From a delta proteobacterium MLS_D (lineage in GTDB: Bacteria > Desulfobacterota > Syntrophia > Syntrophales > UBA2210), in the NCBI GenBank assembly GCA_002030015.1, contig LQBH01000069.1:3402-67401 (forward strand): DNA of 64,000 bases. Direction: 5' to 3'. Positions 8,400 through 17,611 of the stretch are shown here, piece by piece. Position numbers and translations under genes: made by a program. The notes beneath the pieces were generated by a model, which was given only the letters and a program-made list of their open reading frames with translations, did no database searches and had not been told where the DNA came from. Each line of letters starts with the position of its first letter. The first letter of the stretch is position 1.

Positions 8400-8936
8400 A
8401 TGCCTCGATTCGGCAGGGCCTTTGATGCCCGGTTCGGACCTCACTGGCCGAGCTATGTTCTGCAGAGCCTGCTCGCCTCGGTGAGCGTTTTCGTTGTGCT
8501 GGTGACGCTTCACCGCCACAACCTGGCGGTCGCGGCGTCCCTCGCGGCGACCGCTTTTACTGTTTTCGCAATGCCCGGCAGCATTACGGCGTCCATGAGA
8601 AATGTTATCGGCGGGCACCTGGTCGGTCTCACGTTCGGGGCCTTTTTTTCGTTTTTTCCGCAGGAAACTCCTCTTGCCAAGGATGCGGTATACGCGCTTG
8701 CCGTCGGGGCGGCGATGTTCACCATGACGCTGACGAATACAGAGCACCCCCCGGCGGCGGGGACGGCACTGGGAGTCGTGATAGCGGGCTGCACGATCAG
8801 AATCGTTCTGGGTGTTATTGTCGGCATAACGCTGCTCGCCCTGATCCACAGACTTCTGAAACCCATTCTGCGGGATCTGGTGGCCGTCAAGCCGAGGGAC
8901 AGGCTGAATCTGGATGACCGTTTCGAAAGGGATTGA
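8400..8936 (+). CDS. HPP family membrane protein
   Basis: Contains the TEHPPAAGTALGV motif (HPP motif) and 4-5 hydrophobic helices. ATG at 8400 follows GGAGGAG (8383-8389). The ORF track start at 8262 is probably too long. Confidence 0.7.
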   Translation: MPRFGRAFDARFGPHWPSYVLQSLLASVSVFVVLVTLHRHNLAVAASLAATAFTVFAMPGSITASMRNVIGGHLVGLTFGAFFSFFPQETPLAKDAVYALAVGAAMFTMTLTNTEHPPAAGTALGVVIAGCTIRIVLGVIVGITLLALIHRLLKPILRDLVAVKPRDRLNLDDRFERD

Positions 8937-8940
8937 GGCG

Positions 8941-8981
8941 AACCGGCGCCGGAACGGCCGACGGGCCGCCCGGCGCCGGTT
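8941..8981. terminator. GC-rich hairpin between convergent genes (possible bidirectional terminator)
   Basis: Perfect 12-bp inverted repeat AACCGGCGCCGG (8941-8952) / CCGGCGCCGGTT (8970-8981). The 17-nt spacer can itself pair (CGGCC/GGCCG). It lies between the stops of the HPP gene (8936) and the acyl-CoA synthetase (8985). No U-tract. Confidence 0.45.
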
Positions 8982-8984
8982 GGA

Positions 8985-10633
8985 TCAGGCCGCTCCGAGG
9001 ATGCGCCTGATTTCAATTTTGTTGTATTTGCCCACGCTTGTCTTGGGTATGGTGTCTACCAGTTCAACCCGGTCGGGCATGCCGTACTTTGGAATAACTC
9101 CCTTTTCAATGAACGATTTTAAAAATATTTTCAGGTCATCCGCCGTGATCTTCCCCAGATATTCTCTCTTCAGCGTCGCCATGATAACGGGTCGTTCTCC
9201 CCACTTCTCGTCGGGGATTCCAACGGCGGCCGCTTCAGACACGGCTTCGTGCTGGGTCGTGCAATTTTCCAGGTCGAGCGACGAAACCCATTCGCCGCCT
9301 GTTTTGATAACGTCCTTCAGCCGGTCAACGACCCTGATATAGCCGTCTTTGTCGATGACGGCAACGTCCTTTGTGTGAAGCCAGCCGTCCCGCCACAGTT
9401 CCTCGGTCATGCCGGGTTCATCCCAATAGGACGTGGTGGTCCAGGGCGTTCGAGCGACGAGTTCACCTCTGGTTACACCGTCATGGGGAAGAAAATTACC
9501 GTCGGCGTCGACGATGCGGATATTACAGAGCGGCATGGGAAGACCGGTTCTTGAAGCAACTTCGGCCTTTCGGTCGTTGTCCCAGTCCATCATGTGCGGC
9601 TTCAGGTTGCTAACACAGATCAGCGGACAAGTTTCGGACTGCCATAGCCGTCGAAAGCCTCGATTCCCTTTGAAAGGGCCTGTGCGGCTAAAGAGACGGG
9701 GAAAATTGAACCTCCTATGACAACCTTCCACCCCTTGAGATCGATTTCGTTTGCCAGTGGGTGCGACAGTATCATTCGCAGAACCGTGGGGACGCAGTGA
9801 GAAAAGGTGACGCCCTCGTCGCGGATGAGCTGCAGAAGTCGTTCCGGTTCGTACTTGCCGGGGTATACCTGTTTCACTCCCAGCATTGTCGCCGCGTAAG
9901 GAAAACCCCAGGCATGAACATGAAACATGGGTGTAATGGGCATATACACGTCGTTGGAATGGAACCGTCCCATTGAGTGAAAACTTCCGGTCATGATGGT
10001 TTCACTCAGGACATGCAGCATTACCTGCTTGTGTGAAAAATGTACTCCCTTGGGGAGCCCGGTGGTCCCGGTGGTATAGAACAGGGTAGCCCTGGTGTTG
10101 TCATCGAGTTCGGGGAAGGGGTAGCGCGAAGATGCCCCGGCGAGCATAGCCTCATACTCGATATCGATAGGTATTTTTGTGTCGGGATCGGCGCCGCTGT
10201 CGGAAAGCAGGATTACCTTCTCGACGGTAGTAAGCTTGTCCCGAATGCTTTCAAGAAGCGGCAGAAAGTCTTCATGAATCAACAGGACACGATCCCTGGC
10301 GTGGTTCATCATGTAAATGATCTGGTCCGGCGAGGACCGCCAGTTCATCATGTGCATGACGGCCCCCATCATGGGGACGGCAAAATAGGTTTCAAGAAAC
10401 CGGGGACTGTCGTAGTCAAAAATACAGACGGTGTCTCCCTGATTGACGCCGAGTTTCGCCAGACCGCCCGCTTCACGATGAATCCTGTCATACAGGGTCG
10501 TGTACGTATAGCGGCTTTCTCCGCGATAGACTATTTCCTGTTCCGGAGCGCAGGCAAGAGGAGTCAGCAGCAATTTGTCGAGTGTCAGTTGGTAATCGTA
10601 ACACTCACCCGGTTTGTACGTTTTCTCTTTCAT
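8985..10633 (-). pseudogene. AMP-dependent acyl-CoA synthetase (FadD-like), interrupted by a 1-nt frameshift
   Basis: The N-terminal ORF (9620-10633) carries YTTGTTGLPKG (the AMP-binding P-loop). The C-terminal ORF (8985-~9640) carries SETCPL..., WLHTKDVAVIDKDGYIRVVDRLKDVIKTGGEWV and PKTSVGKYNK. The two frames meet at ...GGC TAT GGC A|G TCC GAA ACT... (plus-strand 9639/9640). Confidence 0.8.
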
Positions 10634-10973
10634 GATCGAATCATTCTCCTTTGTGTTTCTTCATCGGCCGCTTTATCCGCTACCGTGATCAAGGCGCTTT
10701 TTTCGCGATGTGTCGGAGTAAGCCGTCCTGATGGGTCTTTATCTATCTTGTTTTCGGGAAACAGTCTATTGGCGGATAACTTCGATAACACGGTGAAAAT
10801 ACCTGAACGAAGGTCAGGAAAATGATTGTTTTCAGGGACTGTAAGTCTTAATATCCTTGTCGTAACACCCCTTGCGCTTGTGTTTTCAATGCCCATATTA
10901 TAAAAGGTGATTGTGAATCGACGGCCGCGGCGGCGGCCGTGCTTATTCCGTGCATGTGAAGGGACAAACAGCG

Positions 10974-11846
10974 ATGAAATATGAAGGCATGGTTATACGG
11001 CCACCGAGCGAGGCAAGAAGCCTGCTTCTTCAGGTAACGGTGGGCTGTTCTCATAACAAGTGTACATTCTGCGGCACTTACAAGGGCGAGAAATTCAGGA
11101 TCAAATCATTTGAGGAGATTGAAGAAGATATTCGGGAAGCGGCGGCATGGGGGCCGATCAGCAGGGTGTTTCTGTGCGATGGCGATGCGCTCATCGTTCC
11201 CCGGCGAAAACTGGTTCCGATCCTGGAATCAATCAACCGGAACATCAGGGGACTGCAGCGAATCGGAACCTACGCGAACGCGAAGAGTGTTCTGAGGAAA
11301 ACGCCTGAGGAACTGAGAGAGCTGCACGAACGTGGCCTTGGGATTGCGTATCTCGGCGTTGAAACGGGCAACAGCGAGTTGCTGGAAAAAATTTGCAAAG
11401 GCGCTGATTACGAACAGCTTCTACGCGCCGGACGCATGCTGAAGGAAGCGGGAATAACGCTTTCCGTTACAGTGTTGCTGGGAATCGGCGGCGAGAAAAA
11501 AAGTATGGAGCACGCGAAAGACACAGCGCGGATCCTAACGGAAATGGATCCCGACTATGTGGGCGCCCTGACGGTCATGCTCGTTCCCGGCACGCCGCTG
11601 CACGACGAGTATAAACGCGGTCTCTTCAGGCTTCCCGATACCTTCGGATTTCTCGAGGAACTGCGGACCATGATCGCCGAATCAAATTTTTCGAACTGTT
11701 TTTTCACGTCCAACCACGCATCGAATTATGTTCCTCTGAGATTGCAGCTTCCCGGTGATAAAGAAAAAGCGGTCAGCCTGTTGACCGACATTATAGAATC
11801 GCAGAACAGGCACGTCCTGCGGCCCGAGTTTCTGCGGGGCCTTTAG
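10974..11846 (+). CDS. Radical SAM domain protein (about 290 aa) with C-x4-C-x2-C cluster motif
   Basis: MKYEGMVIRPPSEARSLLLQVTVGCSHNKCTFCGTY. A glycine-rich stretch and TIM-barrel-like pattern follow. ATG at 10974 is preferred over 10950. Confidence 0.75.
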   Translation: MKYEGMVIRPPSEARSLLLQVTVGCSHNKCTFCGTYKGEKFRIKSFEEIEEDIREAAAWGPISRVFLCDGDALIVPRRKLVPILESINRNIRGLQRIGTYANAKSVLRKTPEELRELHERGLGIAYLGVETGNSELLEKICKGADYEQLLRAGRMLKEAGITLSVTVLLGIGGEKKSMEHAKDTARILTEMDPDYVGALTVMLVPGTPLHDEYKRGLFRLPDTFGFLEELRTMIAESNFSNCFFTSNHASNYVPLRLQLPGDKEKAVSLLTDIIESQNRHVLRPEFLRGL

Positions 11847-11902
11847 AAAAGGCACAATAAAAAAAGATCGAGGGAGGCCTCTTCGATGAGGCGTTTCAGC
11901 GG

Positions 11903-12784
11903 GTGGTCGTGAAAACACTGTTCCGAAAAATCAGGTTCATCTACTCCCTGGTGAGGTCGAAAAACCATACCGGCAGAGAAATCCTTCCTTTCCCGGCAGG
12001 CGAAATTCTTTCCCTTGTCGACATCGGGGCAAAAGAGGGCGCCATTGATCGACAATCCGGGCAGATGTTGCGCAGCATACTGGGACTCGGTGACACGGTG
12101 GCACGCGAAGTGATGGTGCCGAGAACTGAAATAATCGCCGTTTCAAGCGGTGCTTCAATAGAGGAGATTCTTGATCTTCTGGCCCGGCACGGTCACACCA
12201 GGATGCCGCTGTATTCTGAAAATATCGATAATATTATCGGCGTTCTGAATGTCAAGGACCTGCTCCGCTTCTGGTCGAAACCAATCGGGGAACGGGACAT
12301 ACTGTCAATCAGCAGGAAGGCCTATTTCATTCCCGAAACAAAGAGCGCACTCTTTCTTCTGCACGAACTGAAAGAAATGAAATCGCACATGGCCGTGGTG
12401 ATAGACGAGTATGGAGGAACTTCCGGCCTGGTAACGCTGGAAGACCTGATAGAGGAAATCGTCGGCGAGATTCATGATGAACACGACGTCGAGGAGGAAG
12501 AGCCCTTTGTTGAGTTATCGTCGGGCGACGTTCTTGTTGACGGAAGAACGGAGATCGATGAGTTCGAGGAATACTTCCAGTGCGAGGTTCCGGAGGGGCA
12601 GTTTGAAACTGTGGGAGGATTTATTCTGCACCTTATGAAGAAGATTCCGCTGAACGGAGAAACCGTATCGTACGAGAATCTCGACATAATCGTCGAACGG
12701 GCGGATGAAAGGAGCGTTAAAAAAGTGCGGGTGCGCAGGACGACGGGAAGGGAATCGCCGGGCGACCATGCAGGTTCGACGTAA
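11903..12784 (+). CDS. corC: CorC/HlyC family protein (CBS pair plus CorC_HlyC C-terminal domain, no membrane domain; YbeX-like)
   Basis: Matching segments: REVMVPRTEI, the CBS pair, HMAVVIDEYGGTSGLVTLEDLIEEIVGEI.DE and the C-terminal transporter-associated domain. Located directly upstream of lnt, as in the enterobacterial ybeX-lnt arrangement. The start (GTG 11903) is uncertain. Confidence 0.8.
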   Translation: MVVKTLFRKIRFIYSLVRSKNHTGREILPFPAGEILSLVDIGAKEGAIDRQSGQMLRSILGLGDTVAREVMVPRTEIIAVSSGASIEEILDLLARHGHTRMPLYSENIDNIIGVLNVKDLLRFWSKPIGERDILSISRKAYFIPETKSALFLLHELKEMKSHMAVVIDEYGGTSGLVTLEDLIEEIVGEIHDEHDVEEEEPFVELSSGDVLVDGRTEIDEFEEYFQCEVPEGQFETVGGFILHLMKKIPLNGETVSYENLDIIVERADERSVKKVRVRRTTGRESPGDHAGST

Positions 12785-12799
12785 AGAAAGACTGGTGGA

Positions 12800-14317
12800 A
12801 TGAAGAAAGAAACCGTCTCCCTGGCGCTGTTGTCCGGATTGATGCTCCTTTTCGCCTTTCCACGGTTCGGCGCGGGGTTTCTGGCGTGGATCGCCCTGAT
12901 TCCCCTTCTCTTCGCCGTCAGGAATGAATCACGAGGCGACGCCTTCCGACTGGGATTTCTCGCCGGATTTATTTTCAATGCGGGACTTCTTTACTGGATT
13001 ACCTATGTGGTCAATCACTACGGTGGGCTGTCACGTGGTTTTTCCGCCGCGGTCATGCTGCTCCTGGCCGCTTACCTGTCGCTTTACACGGCTTTTTTCG
13101 CCCTGGGCGTGGTTTTTTTCAGCAGGCGGGGAATACCGGTTCTGCTTTCGGCGCCCTGCCTCTGGACCGTGCTAGAATTCCTGAGGGGGGCGCTGTTTAC
13201 CGGATTTCCCTGGGAATACCTTGGATACGCGCTTCATGACCGGCTGCACATCATCCAGATTGCAGACATAACGGGCGTATACGGGGTAAGCTTTCTGATC
13301 GTGTTCGTCAATTGCCTGCTTTTCGAGTTGCTTCTCGGAGGTTCACGGCGTACCGCCGTAGTGAAAGCGTCGGTGGGAGTGCTGGTCATGGTGGCGGTCC
13401 TGTCCTACGGCGCGTGGAAAACAGTATTGGTGGACGCAGAGCTTGAAAAGGCCGAGAAACTGGACGTCTCGTTAATCCAGGGCAACATCGACCAATCCGT
13501 CAAGTGGGATCCCGCCTATCAGCGAAAGACAATCGGAATCTACCGCGACCTTTCCCGTAAAGCCTCGCGGAGCGGCGTTGACTTCATCGTCTGGCCGGAA
13601 ACGGCGATGCCGCTTTTCTTTCAGGATATGGACGACAATCACCGAACAATACGCTTCGTGGCACAGGAAGCGAATGCGACACTTCTTTTCGGGAGTCCGG
13701 CCTATTCGATCGAGAATGGAGTTCGTTCGCTCATGAACACGGCCTGGATTGTCACGCCTGACGGAAAGGTTTCCGGACGTTACGACAAGGTGAGGCTTGT
13801 TCCTTTCGGGGAATACGTGCCCCTGAAGAGCGTGCTCTTTTTCGTCGACAAGCTGGTGACGGGATTCGCCGATTTTATTCCCGGTGATCGTGTCGCTCCG
13901 GTAAATACAGATGGTCTGGCGGCGGGCGTCTTAATATGTTATGAGGGCATATTCCCGGAGATCAGCAGAACGCATGTCCGGGAGGGTGCGGATTTCCTGG
14001 TCAACATAACCAACGACGCCTGGTACGGAAAAACATCAGCGCCCTACCAGCACATGTCCATGATACCGTTTCGTGCGGTGGAAAACCGAAGATCACTGGC
14101 GCGGGCGGCCAATACGGGAATAAGCGCGCTCGTTGACCCGCTGGGGCGGGTAACCGCGGTATCAAATCTCTTTGAACGGGAGATTGTGTCGGGATCGTTG
14201 AAAATTTCAACGATCGATACATTTTACACTGAATGGGGGGATATTTTTGTCCTCCTGTGTTTTGTCGTGACGACGGTGGCATTTTTCTGCAAGAGGAGAA
14301 AGTACGATGAGCATTGA
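12800..14317 (+). CDS. lnt: Apolipoprotein N-acyltransferase
   Basis: 505 aa. The N-terminal polytopic membrane domain is followed by a nitrilase-like domain (VWPETA, KVRLVPFGEYVP, LICYEGIFPE). RBS GGTGGA lies before the ATG at 12800. Confidence 0.9.
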   Translation: MKKETVSLALLSGLMLLFAFPRFGAGFLAWIALIPLLFAVRNESRGDAFRLGFLAGFIFNAGLLYWITYVVNHYGGLSRGFSAAVMLLLAAYLSLYTAFFALGVVFFSRRGIPVLLSAPCLWTVLEFLRGALFTGFPWEYLGYALHDRLHIIQIADITGVYGVSFLIVFVNCLLFELLLGGSRRTAVVKASVGVLVMVAVLSYGAWKTVLVDAELEKAEKLDVSLIQGNIDQSVKWDPAYQRKTIGIYRDLSRKASRSGVDFIVWPETAMPLFFQDMDDNHRTIRFVAQEANATLLFGSPAYSIENGVRSLMNTAWIVTPDGKVSGRYDKVRLVPFGEYVPLKSVLFFVDKLVTGFADFIPGDRVAPVNTDGLAAGVLICYEGIFPEISRTHVREGADFLVNITNDAWYGKTSAPYQHMSMIPFRAVENRRSLARAANTGISALVDPLGRVTAVSNLFEREIVSGSLKISTIDTFYTEWGDIFVLLCFVVTTVAFFCKRRKYDEH

Positions 14318-15417
14318 AGACATTGAAACAATGATTCAGGACTTGAAAAAACGCGTAGGAACTCTCAGGAGTTGTCTTTGACCTCGAAAATATTTCATTG
14401 CGGGTGAAAGAGCTGGACGCGCTGTCCGTGAAAGAGGATTTCTGGAACGACCCCGATCGCGCGAGAAAGGTGTTGCAGGAAAAGAGCAGGCTCGAAGAAG
14501 CCGTTGATTCCTGGCGGTCAACGGATGCGAAGATCAACGAACTGTCCGATCTTTTTGAAATGGCCCGGGAAGAAAATGACACGAACATAATTCGGGAGAT
14601 CGAAGTCGAGCTTCAGTCTCTTGAACAGCGGGTACGAGAGAAAGAAATAACTATGATGATGTCCGGCGAGGAGGATGCCGGTAACGCCATCATGACCATA
14701 CACGCGGGTGCGGGGGGTACGGAAGCCCAGGACTGGGCAGAGATGCTGCTTCGAATGTATCTGCGCTGGGCGGAGAAACGGGGGTTTACGTCGACGATCG
14801 TTGATTTGCAGCCCGGAGACGAAGCGGGCCTCAAAAGCGCGACACTGACGCTCGAGGGTCTCTACGCATACGGATACGCGAGCGCCGAAGCGGGTATTCA
14901 TCGGCTGGTGCGTATTTCACCGTTCGATACGGGCAAGAGGCGCCATACTTCTTTCGCTTCGGTTTTCATTTACCCGGAGGTCGAAGACGACGTTGAAGTA
15001 GTCATCGACGAAAATGATCTCAAGATAGACACCTACCGCTCAAGCGGCGCCGGCGGGCAACACGTGAACAAGACCGATTCGGCGGTACGGATCACCCATC
15101 TTCCCACGGGCATCGTAGTTCAGTGTCAGAATGAACGCTCGCAGCATAAGAACAAGTCGACCGCCATGAAAATTCTCCGTTCAAGGATTTACGAGGCACG
15201 CCGCCTCGAACAACTGGAAAAAAGCGATGAAGTGAACAAGACTAAAAAAGACATCGCCTGGGGGAGCCAGATCCGTTCATATGTGTTGCATCCATACCAG
15301 ATGGTGAAGGACCACCGGACCAACAGGGAAACGGGGAACGTCGAACGAGTGCTCGACGGGTATATTGACGAGTTCATCGAGGCCTATCTGGTTCAGGAAT
15401 CAGTCCTGGCACCGTGA
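14307..15417 (+). CDS. prfB: Peptide chain release factor 2, expressed via programmed +1 frameshift; join(14307..14378,14380..15417)
   Basis: Frame 0 reads MSIEDIETMIQDLKKRVGTLRSCL then UGA (14379-14381). The +1 frame continues DLENISLRVKELDALS... and contains SPF (RISPFDT) and GGQ (SGAGGQHVNKT). The total is 369 aa, typical for RF2. The ORF track shows only the downstream part (14398-15417). Confidence 0.92.
14364..14382 (+). promoter_or_regulatory. RF2 autoregulatory +1 frameshift site: SD-like AGGAGU, 3-nt spacer, CUU UGA C
   Basis: The DNA reads ...CTC AGG AGT TGT CTT TGA C.... AGGAG is at 14367-14371, CTT at 14376-14378 and TGA at 14379-14381, followed by C. It has the same geometry as the E. 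coli prfB site AGG GGG UAU CUU UGA C. Confidence 0.85.
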
Positions 15418-15557
15418 ACAGGGCAGGCGACGGCAGGAAAAACGCCGACTGATGTCCGATTGTCGCACTGCTGTTTAAGATTATATACGAGAGGATTTTT
15501 ATGGTGAAATTCCATGTAACGCAGGGGGAATCGTGCTGGAAATATCGTAGTATTCAC

Positions 15558-17585
15558 ATGTTGTTGATAATTTTCTTTTTCCTGTCTCCTGTGTTGGCGT
15601 CGTGCACACTTTACCAGGGAGATTACGCGTATCGCGAACCGGCAATAATTCGCGGAGATGATTCGACCCGGAGTGCCGCGAAAGAATCATCAGAACAGGA
15701 AACGTCTGCAAACGGTTATGCGGTAGCGCAGCCGTGCGAAACCGATGGACGGGAAGAACCGTCAGCCGGGTTATTTGCGAATGAACCCGACCCCGGTGGA
15801 GAGAAAACCTCGGGAAACGGCGAATGCGTAGACAAAGCTGAACGGAAGGCGGAGGCCCAGGAGGCCATCGATGAAGCGCTTGTTCTTCTCAATCAGTCCC
15901 GCGAATTCTGGGAACGGGGCGAACTCGACAGCGCGCTTGCACTTCTCGACCAGGCATACGCCCTTACCCTCGATATAAACGACGATCCCGATATAACCTG
16001 GCAACGGGACGATCTCCGTTTCCTGATCGCAAAGCGCATCATTGAGATATATGCCTCCAGAAGCACCGCAGCCGTGGGATCACAGAGCGAAATTCCCCTT
16101 TCCGACGTTCCCGAGGTGAACCGGGAGATTGAAAGGTTTCAGAAACGTGAACGGGAGTTTTTCCTTCGATCGTACCGGCGTTCAGGAGCCTATCGGGATA
16201 TGATCTTACAACGGCTTCGAGAAGCGGGGCTCCCGGAAGAATTGTCCTGGCTGCCACTGGTGGAAAGCGGTTTTATCGTAAAGGCCTTTTCATCGGCCCG
16301 CGCTCTCGGACTGTGGCAGTTTATACCATCGACGGGATACAAATTCGGGCTGAAACGCGACCAGTATGTTGACGAACGTATGAATCCGGAATTATCGACC
16401 GATGCGGCGATTGCCTATCTTACCGAGCTGCACGGTATTTTCGGCGACTGGCAAACGGTTCTCGCCGCTTACAATTGCGGCGAGGGAAGGGTGTTGCGGG
16501 TGATATCCGGCCAGCAAGTAAATTATCTGGATAATTTCTGGGATCTTTACCGGGAATTGCCGCCGGAGACCAGGAGATACGTGCCAAAATTTCTTGCGGC
16601 GCTTCGGATTATCAAAGAACCTGAAAAATATGGTTTCGATCTCGCAAGTGAAGAGCTGGATGAACCGCTCGCCTGCGAGACTGTTACCATTGAGAAAAGC
16701 ATGCGCTTAGCAGATATCGCGAAATATCTTGATGTGGAGGTCTGCGAACTTGAATCTCTGAATGTGGAACTGCGTCTGAAAGTAACCCCGAACCGGCCGT
16801 ATGAACTCAAGATTCCTCCGGGGAAGGGCGAAACACTGCTCGCAACCCTGGACGACATTCCCGCTGCTCCCGCCGCGGCGGTCGAGTCGGGTTCCGTTGT
16901 ACGGCACCGTGTACAGCGGGGTGAATCGTTGTCCACTATCGCCTCCCGATACGGCAGTTCCATCAGACTTATCGCCGGGGCCAATAATATTGCACGTCCC
17001 TATCTCATACGCGTGGGACAGTGGTTGCACGTGCCTGTATCGGGATCCTCTCCGGTCTCTCGAACCGTTTTGTCAAAACCGGCACGGCACCGTGTACAGC
17101 GGGGTGAATCATTGTCCACAGTAGCCGTCCGATACGGCAGTTCCGTCGGCGCCATCGCGCGGGCCAATAACATTGCCCGTCCCTATCTCATACGTGCGGG
17201 ACAGGTGCTGACCATTCCGGCAGGAACCGGAACGGCGGCCTCCGGAAGCGCCAAAGTGATTACCTATAACGTTCAGCGGGGGGATTCGCTGTTTCACCTC
17301 GCCCGCAGGTACAACACGACCGTGAGCCGGATCAAGACAGAAAACAATCTTGAGGGCAATCTGATTCGAGTCGGACAGAAACTCCTCATTCCCACGCCGG
17401 CGACGTCTGCAACCGCCGCCGCATCAACGGGGAATGCGCCGGAAACGTACGTGGTTCGGGGAGGTGACAGTCCCTACACCATAGCGAGGCGATTCAACGT
17501 AAGCCTGCATTCTCTTCTTGAAATCAACGGTCTGTCTCCGGATGACACTATTTATCCGGGCCAGACAATTATTCTGAAAGAATGA
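15558..17585 (+). CDS. Lytic murein transglycosylase (MltD-like) lipoprotein with SLT domain and four C-terminal LysM repeats
   Basis: Signal peptide with lipobox (MLLIIFFFLSPVLASC). SLT motifs are LPLVESGF, GLWQFIPSTG and AAYNCGEGRV. The four LysM units begin HRVQRGESLSTIA, HRVQRGESLSTVA, YNVQRGDSLFHLA and YVVRGGDSPYTIA. Confidence 0.85.
   Translation: MLLIIFFFLSPVLASCTLYQGDYAYREPAIIRGDDSTRSAAKESSEQETSANGYAVAQPCETDGREEPSAGLFANEPDPGGEKTSGNGECVDKAERKAEAQEAIDEALVLLNQSREFWERGELDSALALLDQAYALTLDINDDPDITWQRDDLRFLIAKRIIEIYASRSTAAVGSQSEIPLSDVPEVNREIERFQKREREFFLRSYRRSGAYRDMILQRLREAGLPEELSWLPLVESGFIVKAFSSARALGLWQFIPSTGYKFGLKRDQYVDERMNPELSTDAAIAYLTELHGIFGDWQTVLAAYNCGEGRVLRVISGQQVNYLDNFWDLYRELPPETRRYVPKFLAALRIIKEPEKYGFDLASEELDEPLACETVTIEKSMRLADIAKYLDVEVCELESLNVELRLKVTPNRPYELKIPPGKGETLLATLDDIPAAPAAAVESGSVVRHRVQRGESLSTIASRYGSSIRLIAGANNIARPYLIRVGQWLHVPVSGSSPVSRTVLSKPARHRVQRGESLSTVAVRYGSSVGAIARANNIARPYLIRAGQVLTIPAGTGTAASGSAKVITYNVQRGDSLFHLARRYNTTVSRIKTENNLEGNLIRVGQKLLIPTPATSATAAASTGNAPETYVVRGGDSPYTIARRFNVSLHSLLEINGLSPDDTIYPGQTIILKE
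16902..17223 (+). repeat. Tandem direct DNA repeat (period 183 nt) encoding LysM units 1 and 2
   Basis: The units start at 16902 and 17085. The first 26 nt (cggcaccgtgtacagcggggtgaatc) are identical. Long further identical blocks follow (ccgatacggcagttcc, gggccaataa, cgtccctatctcatacg). Confidence 0.8.
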
Positions 17586-17611
17586 ACCGTGGTTTCCACG
17601 GAACAGTCCCG

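Noticed and set aside
10919-10940. The GC hairpin ACGGCCGC-GGCG-GCGGCCGT just upstream of the radical SAM gene as a riboswitch or attenuator.
   Set aside because: It is a single short hairpin with no alternative pairing, U-tract or conserved motif that I can recognise. Its position ~35 nt before the start codon is compatible with an ordinary 5' UTR structure.
17587-17601. The hairpin CCGTGG-TTT-CCACGG between the convergent mltD-like and ybeY genes as an intrinsic terminator.
   Set aside because: The stem is only 6 bp with a 3-nt loop and has no U-tract on either strand. It may still slow transcription, but it is too weak to annotate as a terminator.
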